Shown here in pieces: positions 16,840 through 24,670 of a stretch of DNA of 29,895 nt. Origin of the DNA: a virus (taxonomy: Duplodnaviria; Caudoviricetes); IMG/VR virus record IMGVR_UViG_3300036713_000105, positions 1-29,895 of that record, one strand, 5' to 3'. Numbering within the stretch: the first letter of the stretch is position 1; each line of letters opens with the position of its first letter. Both the position numbers and the translations under genes were made by a program. The notes below the pieces were generated by a model that saw nothing but the letters and a program-made list of their open reading frames with translations, had not been told where the DNA came from and ran no database searches.

Positions 16840-17117
16840 GCCACGAAGCCACAACGCGTCCACTAGCTATAACATACTCCGATTACGATTGGGGTGATAA
16901 TATTACATCAAGTGATTATAACTATTTCTACGTACCTTCTATTCCAGAGTGGGCATATAGTGAGTTCGATGGATTACTATACGAAGGAGTTCAATACAAT
17001 TGGAACGAAGTGGATTACAGACTTTCAGTGGATTATAACAGCGTACCAGAACCAGCATTCATTGGTTTATTTATGGGGCTGTGTCTACTAACATTAACAC
17101 TAATCAAGAGGAAATAA
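16836..17117 (+). CDS. PEP-CTERM sorting-domain protein
   Basis: C-terminus VPEP + hydrophobic AFIGLFMGLCLLTLTLI + basic KRK, then stop. Confidence 0.85.
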   Translation: MSHEATTRPLAITYSDYDWGDNITSSDYNYFYVPSIPEWAYSEFDGLLYEGVQYNWNEVDYRLSVDYNSVPEPAFIGLFMGLCLLTLTLIKRK

Positions 17118-17119
17118 CT

Positions 17120-17206
17120 ATGGCAGATATGTACGGTAAAGGAAGTTGCGGCGAAAGAGTCGCTGGTAAAGGTAAAGGTAAAATGAAGAAAGGTTACGGT
17201 AAGTAA
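17120..17206 (+). CDS. 28-aa G/K-rich basic peptide (MADMYGKGSCGERVAGKGKGKMKKGYGK)
   Basis: Translated by hand; TAATG-coupled to the next gene. Confidence 0.6.
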   Translation: MADMYGKGSCGERVAGKGKGKMKKGYGK

Positions 17207-17340
17207 TGCCCGGAGGACTTATATCAGTTGTAGTAATCGGAGACAAGAAGAAAAGTTCTTGCTGTCCAGCTTGTGCCGCCGAAGGTGAAGCAAAGGCTAT
17301 ACGCCGTCCTAGCGTAGGCTCAACACGCAAGAAGGTATAA
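17206..17340 (+). CDS. 44-aa basic peptide with CCPAC motif
   Basis: Translated by hand (MPGGLISVVVIGDKKKSSCCPACAAEGEAKAIRRPSVGSTRKKV); TAATG at both ends. Confidence 0.65.
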   Translation: MPGGLISVVVIGDKKKSSCCPACAAEGEAKAIRRPSVGSTRKKV

Positions 17341-17477
17341 TGGCTAAGATTTGTAAAAAAGGAATCGCTTGGGCACGTAGGACTTTTGATAAGTACCCTA
17401 GTGCTTATGCTAATATGGCAGCTTCTAAGTACTGTAAAGACCCTAACTACGCCAAGAAATCTAAGAAGAAGAAATAA
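17340..17477 (+). CDS. 45-aa basic phage protein with YPSAYAN motif
   Basis: Translated by hand (MAKICKKGIAWARRTFDKYPSAYANMAASKYCKDPNYAKKSKKKK); TAATG at both ends; motif recurrent in environmental phages. Confidence 0.75.
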   Translation: MAKICKKGIAWARRTFDKYPSAYANMAASKYCKDPNYAKKSKKKK

Positions 17478-17722
17478 TGGGTGAGCTCAAAAAGTGGAGA
17501 GAACAAAACTGGGTACGAATCGGAATTGACGGATCAATCCAAGGACCTTGTGGAACCTCAAAAGACAAGAAGCGACCAGACCGTTGTCTTCCAATGGCTA
17601 AAGCAAAGAGTCTCAGTAAGTCTGAAAGAGCGGCTACGGCTCGCAAGAAAAAAGCTGGAGGAGCAAAAGGAAAACAATTCGTAGCGAACACACCAAAAGC
17701 AAAAGTAAAATTTAAAAAGTAA
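17477..17722 (+). CDS. Small basic phage protein (DUF5872-like)
   Basis: LKKWREQNWV...CG...RCLP.AKA..LS..ERAAT.RKK...GKQFVANT pattern. Confidence 0.75.
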   Translation: MGELKKWREQNWVRIGIDGSIQGPCGTSKDKKRPDRCLPMAKAKSLSKSERAATARKKKAGGAKGKQFVANTPKAKVKFKK

Positions 17723-17964
17723 TGCCGGACAAAGATAAAATGAAGTGCAACGTACCTCGCCGAGATGTTCAAGGCGGTAAGAAGTTCGTAGTAAAAGCTT
17801 GCGAAGGTGGTAAAGAAAAGATTATTCGTTTCGGAGATGCGAATATGAAAATCAAAAAGAATATACCAGCTCGTAAAAAAAGCTACTGCGCTCGCAGTGC
17901 TGGCATCAAAGGTAAAGGAAAGATGTCCGCTAACTATTGGTCTAGGAGAGCTTGGGATTGCTAG
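17722..17964 (+). CDS. Small basic phage protein (DUF6321-like)
   Basis: KIIRFGDANM...PARKKSYCAR...SANYWSRRAWDC pattern. Confidence 0.75.
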   Translation: MPDKDKMKCNVPRRDVQGGKKFVVKACEGGKEKIIRFGDANMKIKKNIPARKKSYCARSAGIKGKGKMSANYWSRRAWDC

Positions 17965-20325
17965 ATGGCAAGGTACGATACATATACTCAATTAGACGAT
18001 AGAATGCTCGAAGACCTAGATATGGGTTACGTTGGATTCAATAATCGTCTGCGTCCGGATCAATTACCAAAAGGTATTTTATCAGATAGTAAAAATGGTA
18101 GAATGAATCAAGACGGCGAGTGGCAAACTCGTAAAGGTATAAATAATGTTATTGCACCACTGGCTACTGGTGCATCCGCATTGACACTTCCATTTTTTTT
18201 GGATGATACCGGAACACCTCCGACTCTTTCTGACGATTCTGTTAATGCAGTATACGGTTCTTGTATTTTTTCAGATCCTAATGATGATACTGAAAGCTAC
18301 ATTATGCTTGCGGCTAATACTAAGGTGGTAGCTGTAAAGGTATCGGATCCTAATGTTACCTACGATTTAACTTACCCTATTGGATTTACTGTATCGGATA
18401 ATGTAGATTTAATACAAGCATTTAATAAATTATTTTTATTCCGCAAAGGTGGAAACGTTTCATTCTTTAAGGATTTATCCGCTACAAATATAAACACTAG
18501 TCCGCAGTTGGAAAAAGTAGAAAGCGGTGAGTTCCAGCAACCAACTCAGATTGTTTGCGCCGCTGGTGAGTTCGCTTTAATTGAAAACAGAGGAGTAGTA
18601 CATCAATCCGATGGAGTATCAGAAGGTTCGGTTATTTCGGTAGTAGGTGATAAAACACTTGATGCTGACCAAACATCTGGACTTACTATAGGGGCTAGGT
18701 TTACGGTAGCGGATGTATTTGTTGGAGGTAGTCCCACGGATATAACGGTCGCTGTTAAGAGTGGAGTTGTTGTCGGTGGGGAGTTCGATGGATTATATAA
18801 AGTAACTATAACAGCTGCTGGTCACGGATTACACGTAGGTAATCCTATAACAATAAGTAATTTTGGGGATATTAAGGTAGATGGAAGTAGATTCGTTGCC
18901 GAAAGTTCAACGGATACTTTATCATTTTATGTTCCACAAAATCCAAATGTAGCACTAACTGGTAATGAAACTGTAGAATTAGCTCACGGATTTGATTTCT
19001 TTGTGGATTCTAGTAAAACAGACTCTCACGTTACGGACGGAGATAGCTTAACAAGTACTCCAGTATTTACGCGTGATGTTTCTATAGGTTTAGGATTTTC
19101 TCATATGCCGGCTCCAGAGTACGGTGTATATCACCAAAGAAGACTAGCTGTTCCCTATAGGTATAGCGTAAGTGACGCTGAAGACACTTATGTTGACCGA
19201 AAAATCTTTGATGAAATATTATTATCAGACATTCTAGATACAGATACATACGACCAAGTGTACGGACAATTTAGATTTAATGCTGGTAAATCCGATTTTA
19301 ACGTAGGTATGCACTCATTTTCTGATGATAAACTTATTGTGTTTAACCGCAATAGTATACACATTGTTGTCGGTAGCGGAAGTATAGCTAACGCGGCTGT
19401 GCAATTATTGACGGACGAAGTGGGATTACTAGCTAGAAAATCTGTTGTACAAGTAGGGAATCAAGTTCTATTTTTATCTGACAATGGTATATACGGAATG
19501 AATTTCATTGATTTATATAACCTTCGAGGCAATGATGTACCACTATCAGAAAGTATAAATAAAACAATATCTGATATAGATAAAGATAACGCAGTTAATT
19601 CAGTCGCTGTTTATTTTGACAACAAGTACTATATAGCGCTTCCTACAAAGACATTTGCTGACGGAAGTCCGAATGCACAAGGAATAAATAATGTTTTATT
19701 AATTTATAATTTCTTAAATAAAAGCTGGGAATCAATAGATTTCGTAAGCAACACAGATACTTCCGGAAATACTATCCCTAGATTTTCTTTTAATAACTTA
19801 TTAGTAGCCGGAAAGGGATCTAAGAGAGGTGTTTATGTAACCAATAAGGATGGCGGCATACACAAACTAGAGGAGTTCGATGACGGCATAGATAGAGTAA
19901 TTACTGAAATTGGAACAGACTTAAAGAGCGTTACAGTAGATGGATCAGCTACCACTAGAATGTTTACACTAGGCTCTATAGACCGAAAGAAATTCAACAA
20001 CTTTGAAATGCACTTACAGTCCGGAGTAGATAGAGCATCGGATGCAACAATATCGGCTACTACCGAAAACCTTGATTCCGAGCCAGCATTGGACTTAACC
20101 CCAAGTGGAAGCGTAGGACTAACCTACGGACCTTTCAAAAATCAAGATGGCGTAGAACAGTCTAACATACCAGCAAATGAAGATGTGTCCATCAGAGGAC
20201 GAATTGGAAACAAGAGAGCGTATGGTATGCAGATTACTTTAAATAGCACTTTAGGTAGACCTAGATTGAGATCTGTTAAGGTAGCCGGAGCTGAGACGTT
20301 CCGCTCGACAAGTAGTGTACAATAG
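17965..20325 (+). CDS. Tail nozzle / tail tubular protein B-like (beta-propeller) with inserted beta domains
   Basis: 786 aa beta-rich; N-terminal GFNNRLRP...NGRM...WQTRKG; VGLLARKSVVQVGNQVLFLSDNGIY blade; precedes fibre and ejection proteins. Confidence 0.7.
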   Translation: MARYDTYTQLDDRMLEDLDMGYVGFNNRLRPDQLPKGILSDSKNGRMNQDGEWQTRKGINNVIAPLATGASALTLPFFLDDTGTPPTLSDDSVNAVYGSCIFSDPNDDTESYIMLAANTKVVAVKVSDPNVTYDLTYPIGFTVSDNVDLIQAFNKLFLFRKGGNVSFFKDLSATNINTSPQLEKVESGEFQQPTQIVCAAGEFALIENRGVVHQSDGVSEGSVISVVGDKTLDADQTSGLTIGARFTVADVFVGGSPTDITVAVKSGVVVGGEFDGLYKVTITAAGHGLHVGNPITISNFGDIKVDGSRFVAESSTDTLSFYVPQNPNVALTGNETVELAHGFDFFVDSSKTDSHVTDGDSLTSTPVFTRDVSIGLGFSHMPAPEYGVYHQRRLAVPYRYSVSDAEDTYVDRKIFDEILLSDILDTDTYDQVYGQFRFNAGKSDFNVGMHSFSDDKLIVFNRNSIHIVVGSGSIANAAVQLLTDEVGLLARKSVVQVGNQVLFLSDNGIYGMNFIDLYNLRGNDVPLSESINKTISDIDKDNAVNSVAVYFDNKYYIALPTKTFADGSPNAQGINNVLLIYNFLNKSWESIDFVSNTDTSGNTIPRFSFNNLLVAGKGSKRGVYVTNKDGGIHKLEEFDDGIDRVITEIGTDLKSVTVDGSATTRMFTLGSIDRKKFNNFEMHLQSGVDRASDATISATTENLDSEPALDLTPSGSVGLTYGPFKNQDGVEQSNIPANEDVSIRGRIGNKRAYGMQITLNSTLGRPRLRSVKVAGAETFRSTSSVQ
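20305..20324 (+). promoter_or_regulatory. Candidate late promoter TCGACA-N7-TACAAT-A
   Basis: In the last codons of the nozzle gene, just upstream of the tail fibre start. Confidence 0.5.
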
Positions 20326-20346
20326 TAATAAATAATTTAATAAGAT

Positions 20347-22026
20347 ATGTCTATTTTAATTAAAGGAAAAGACTTTGGTCCAACCGAACAAGTAACATCA
20401 ACTAAGTTGGATGAATTAGTTGATAACGCGTCATTTACGGATGACAACGAAAATTCAGTAGCTTACACTGGCACAACTGGTACTTGTTTGCTAGGCGGTG
20501 GACTAGAGGTTACCAGCTTGGGTCAACTTCAAATAGCTGATTCCGGGGTAAATACTAACGAAATATCCGATGGTGCTGTTACTAATGCAAAGATTGCTGA
20601 TTTAGATGTTAGTACCAGTAAGATTACTAATTTAGCTGTCATCACTGGTAAGATTGGTAATAATGCAGTTACTCAAGCCAAGATTGCTAATGATGCAGTA
20701 GGGGCGGATCAATTAGCTTCAAGCGCTGTTGTGACTGATTCTATAGTAAACCTTAATGTTACAACTGCAAAGATTGCTAATGACGCAATTACAACGGATA
20801 AGATTGCTAATGACGCAATTACAACGGATAAGATTGCAGACGATGTAGAACTCGGAGGAAACCCTACAACTACTACTCAAGCTGCCACAGACAATTCAAC
20901 TAGAATAGCTACTACATCTTACGTTACTAGTGGTATAGCAAATGCACTTACCGGAAGCGGTGGTATATTTGGTACTATAGATCAAACAGCTGATTCAAAC
21001 CCTAAGATTTTTTCTAAGAACTCAAGTGGCGAATACGACAGCGTAGCCCCAAGTGGCGATGTAGCAATGACACAAGCTGGGGCATTTACTATTCAAGACG
21101 ATGCTGTTACTGCTTCTAAGATAGACTTTATTGATGATAGTTTAGCCGCGACTGACGGTCATATATTAATAGCAGACGGTACTGAATTTAACAATAAAGC
21201 TGTTTCTGGAGATGTTGCTATAACAAATACTGGTAATACTACAATTCAAGCCAATGCGGTAGAAGGAACTATGCTAAATAGTAATACCGCAGATGATTCC
21301 ACTATTGAGTTAAGCGGCGATACTCTTAGTGTAAAAGATAGCGGGATAACTACAGTAAAGCTAAATAACAGTGCAGTTACTACAGCTAAAATTGCTGATT
21401 CTACTGGGGCTTCAGATGGAGTAACAACTGCAAAGATTGCCGATGACGCAGTTACTGGGGCTAAAATAAGTGATACTGCTGCGTTACCAGATGGAGTTAC
21501 TGCTACTACTCAAAGTGCCGGAAACAATACAACAAAAGTTGCTACTACGGCATTTGTTGAAACCGCAGTAAGTAGTAATGGATTAGCCTTCTCTATACTA
21601 ACAAGTTTAGGTGGAGTAAGAACGGATTCTAGTTTTTACTACAAGGATATGAGCGAATCATACGATCCTTATAATTTAATTACTTTTTCTAGTGGTAATA
21701 TTACATTTGCTTCAACTGGAACTTACTTGATAGAACTGGTTGGAACCTTTCGAGATACTGACACTACAGTTGGACCTACGGATAAATATGGATTAAGTTT
21801 TACATCTTCTACATCTTCTACTACAAACTTAATGGATGAAGTAACAAATGTAAGCTTTCAGCAGACTAATGATGAGGAGTGGCATCCGTATTCAGTTTCA
21901 TACATAAGAACAATTAGTGATGTATCAACAGATAAACTTGCTATACGTATTGTACCTATATCCGGTGCTTCTAGTACTCAATGGCAATCTAAAAATGTAG
22001 TTCTAAAAATAAGCAAATTAACATAA
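20347..22026 (+). CDS. Tail fibre protein with [VI]TTAKIAxDA decapeptide repeats
   Basis: Many 10-aa repeats; two TTQ.A..N.T..ATT.[YF]V motifs; SGDVA.T..G..TIQ x2; C-terminal beta-sandwich head. Confidence 0.85.
   Translation: MSILIKGKDFGPTEQVTSTKLDELVDNASFTDDNENSVAYTGTTGTCLLGGGLEVTSLGQLQIADSGVNTNEISDGAVTNAKIADLDVSTSKITNLAVITGKIGNNAVTQAKIANDAVGADQLASSAVVTDSIVNLNVTTAKIANDAITTDKIANDAITTDKIADDVELGGNPTTTTQAATDNSTRIATTSYVTSGIANALTGSGGIFGTIDQTADSNPKIFSKNSSGEYDSVAPSGDVAMTQAGAFTIQDDAVTASKIDFIDDSLAATDGHILIADGTEFNNKAVSGDVAITNTGNTTIQANAVEGTMLNSNTADDSTIELSGDTLSVKDSGITTVKLNNSAVTTAKIADSTGASDGVTTAKIADDAVTGAKISDTAALPDGVTATTQSAGNNTTKVATTAFVETAVSSNGLAFSILTSLGGVRTDSSFYYKDMSESYDPYNLITFSSGNITFASTGTYLIELVGTFRDTDTTVGPTDKYGLSFTSSTSSTTNLMDEVTNVSFQQTNDEEWHPYSVSYIRTISDVSTDKLAIRIVPISGASSTQWQSKNVVLKISKLT
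20770..20837 (+). repeat. Perfect 30-bp tandem duplication (KIANDAITTD)
   Basis: AAGATTGCTAATGACGCAATTACAACGGAT x2 plus a partial third copy. Confidence 0.95.
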
Positions 22027-22027
22027 T

Positions 22028-23863
22028 ATGAAGAACTTTTTAATAGAATTTTTTAGACCTTTAGATAATCTTATCTTTAATTACTTCGTAAAGATCGGAG
22101 CAATTAAACCGTTTTGGCAAGCACTAGCTACTATTGGTGGCAGTCTCGTAGCTAAAAAATCAGCCGATAAATCACGAAAGGCTGGACAAGCATCTGAGGC
22201 AAGATCACAAGCTCAAATAGATGAAGCCTTTGAGAAAATAAGAGACCCTATTGAGATAATTCTAGAAGCTTACGGTCCAGAAGGATTGTACAGCGAAGAA
22301 GTTATGGGTTCAATACTTGGAGCTGAATCCAAGTTTATGGGTCCAATGACGGACTTACTGAAGAACTACGGTCAAACAATGGCTTTCGGCGAAGGTGGCT
22401 TGGATGAATTATCTAAACAAACCACTGAGAGTATTTTAGGTAGAATTAAGGAACTTGGACCAGAGTTTAGACAAGCTCTTGAGGATCCAAGGATGGCTTC
22501 TTTATTAGAGGAACAAATATCTAATTTTAAACAATCATACGCCGCATCTGAAGGTAATGCTGAAGCATTAGAAGCTACTGCAAAAGAGTTTGATGCTGGA
22601 TTAAAAAGTTCATTACAACAAGCTGGCGTATCAATAGATACTATAAATCAAGCTGAAGTAAGTTCCGCTAAACCCTTCTTAGAAGGAGCAGAAGGATTTG
22701 ATACCTCAAGACTTAGAGGCTTTGACTTAGGAGCACTAAGAAATTTTGACACAAGTGCATTAAAAAATTTTGATACTTCAAGACTTAGAGACTTTGATCT
22801 TAGCGGAATAAGAGATCTAAGTTTTGATGAACTAAAGAATCTATCTATGGATCAAAGCTCTGCATTCTTAGGAGACATCCGAGGATTGACAGACATAGAG
22901 AGAGCAGAAGCTCAAAGGCTCACAGAAGCCGCTAGAGGTCCTCTTGGATTTGAATCTATTCGTAGTGCAGAACAAGCCGCAAGAGCAGAAGGTGGTGCCT
23001 TAGGTAGACAGCTAGATGCTTCAGCGGTAGCAAGAGCTGCGTTAGGTAGAGAAGGAGCTGTTATGGCTCGTGAAGATAGAGCCGCTGCCGCAAGATCAAG
23101 AGCCGCCGAAATGGCTGGACTCGGTGGTAAGTTGGGATTATCTCAAGAATCATTAAGAGGTGACTTAGCTACTACAGCCGCAAAACTAGGATTGACTCAA
23201 CAGCAACTATTAGCACAAATTGGGTTAACTGCTGAAGAAGCATCAGAAAGACTACGATTAGGGGCACTAGAAACCGGATTAGGTTTAGATTTAACTGCAA
23301 CCGAAGCTGCATCTAGACTAGGATTAGGTGCTGAAGAAGCTGCATCTAAAATTGATCTATCCGCACTGGGACTAGGAGCTGAGATCGGTTTAGGTTTAGA
23401 CAAACTGGGTCTAGCAAAAGAAGAACTAGCATCCGGAAGACAACTGGATTTAGCTAAACTTCAAGGACTATATGGGGCACAAGCTAGACAAGATGCAATA
23501 TCGGCTAGAGAAGAAGGTAGAGCCGGATTCAGAGATGTATTTTCGGCAGCTCAAGCAACAAGCGTTGACCCAAGTAGTATATTTTTTGGAGAAGCCGCTC
23601 CGGGATTTAACTTGTACTCAAGTATTTTATCTCAAAAACCGGGAACAATATTTACTGACCCCGGATTTGCTCTAAATATAGGTTCTCAGTACGACACTAC
23701 ACTAGCCGACATACTATTAGGAGGAGCTGGTATCTCAGCTTCTCAAGCCGCTGGACAATATTCGGCAGCTGGAGATCAGTTCGGTACTGCGTTAAAGTTA
23801 TTCGGCGATATAGATTTCAGCGGAGGTCTTACCGGCGATCCAAAAACTAGTATATTCGATTAA
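22028..23863 (+). CDS. Putative internal virion / DNA-ejection protein
   Basis: A/G/L-rich and helical; ALATIGGSLVAKKSADK pilot-type N-terminus; first of three genes after the tail genes. Confidence 0.65.
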   Translation: MKNFLIEFFRPLDNLIFNYFVKIGAIKPFWQALATIGGSLVAKKSADKSRKAGQASEARSQAQIDEAFEKIRDPIEIILEAYGPEGLYSEEVMGSILGAESKFMGPMTDLLKNYGQTMAFGEGGLDELSKQTTESILGRIKELGPEFRQALEDPRMASLLEEQISNFKQSYAASEGNAEALEATAKEFDAGLKSSLQQAGVSIDTINQAEVSSAKPFLEGAEGFDTSRLRGFDLGALRNFDTSALKNFDTSRLRDFDLSGIRDLSFDELKNLSMDQSSAFLGDIRGLTDIERAEAQRLTEAARGPLGFESIRSAEQAARAEGGALGRQLDASAVARAALGREGAVMAREDRAAAARSRAAEMAGLGGKLGLSQESLRGDLATTAAKLGLTQQQLLAQIGLTAEEASERLRLGALETGLGLDLTATEAASRLGLGAEEAASKIDLSALGLGAEIGLGLDKLGLAKEELASGRQLDLAKLQGLYGAQARQDAISAREEGRAGFRDVFSAAQATSVDPSSIFFGEAAPGFNLYSSILSQKPGTIFTDPGFALNIGSQYDTTLADILLGGAGISASQAAGQYSAAGDQFGTALKLFGDIDFSGGLTGDPKTSIFD

Positions 23864-23865
23864 TT

Positions 23866-24669
23866 ATGTTTCAAAGAGGAGTATCACCAGTCACGCTATC
23901 TAAATTAAATGTTCGTCCAGCAGTTGAAGCCGCTCAGATGGTTGCAGCCGCGAAGGCGAATCTAAATAGTAGTGTCAATCAATCAATCTTGGATTTTGCT
24001 CAAAAGCAACAAAAGAAAAAGCAAGATAAAATTGGAATCAAGGCTATACAAAATATGTACGGTCTAGATGACACTACAGCTAAAGCTGTTTATAGTGACG
24101 AAATAGTCCGAGATGCTTTTGTCCAAAAACAAAAAGCTGATTCGGATTTAACAAGAAGACAAGCGGAACAAATTAAGTTACAAATGTTGCAAGAAGAACA
24201 GAAAAGAAGTCAAGAACAAAGAGATATATTCGGGAAAGCTATTTCTGTAAACACAACGCCAGATGGAACAGTTGATGTATCTGGTGTAAGACAATCATTT
24301 ATTGACTTAGGGGGAACAGATGAAAGTGTTCTTGGAGGTCTATACCTTGGAACAGATTACAAATTAGATCAAGAAACTGGATTAGTACTTGTTGATGGAG
24401 AACCTAAATTCAATGTAGGTAAAGCATTTGTTAAGCCAACTGAATCTGAGTTAAAACTCAAGCAACTAGAGGTAGATAAAAAGCAAGCAGAGGTAGATAA
24501 ACTTCTTGCTCAAATAGAAGAAATAAAAGCTGGGGATACCGTTAATGATGATTCAGATCCATTTACTGGCACTGAAAATCCTAAGGTAAATCAATTTATG
24601 TCAGCTAATCCGCAATTTAAAACATACGAAGAAGCTGAGAAGCACTTAAAAGAAAAAGGTTTATTATAA
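23866..24669 (+). CDS. Putative internal virion protein
   Basis: Q/K coiled-coil composition; position between presumed ejection genes. Confidence 0.6.
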   Translation: MFQRGVSPVTLSKLNVRPAVEAAQMVAAAKANLNSSVNQSILDFAQKQQKKKQDKIGIKAIQNMYGLDDTTAKAVYSDEIVRDAFVQKQKADSDLTRRQAEQIKLQMLQEEQKRSQEQRDIFGKAISVNTTPDGTVDVSGVRQSFIDLGGTDESVLGGLYLGTDYKLDQETGLVLVDGEPKFNVGKAFVKPTESELKLKQLEVDKKQAEVDKLLAQIEEIKAGDTVNDDSDPFTGTENPKVNQFMSANPQFKTYEEAEKHLKEKGLL

Positions 24670-24670
24670 T

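Noticed and set aside
12288-22026. Diversity-generating retroelement acting on the fibres
   Set aside because: No reverse transcriptase and no near-identical TR/VR pair with adenine-specific mismatches seen
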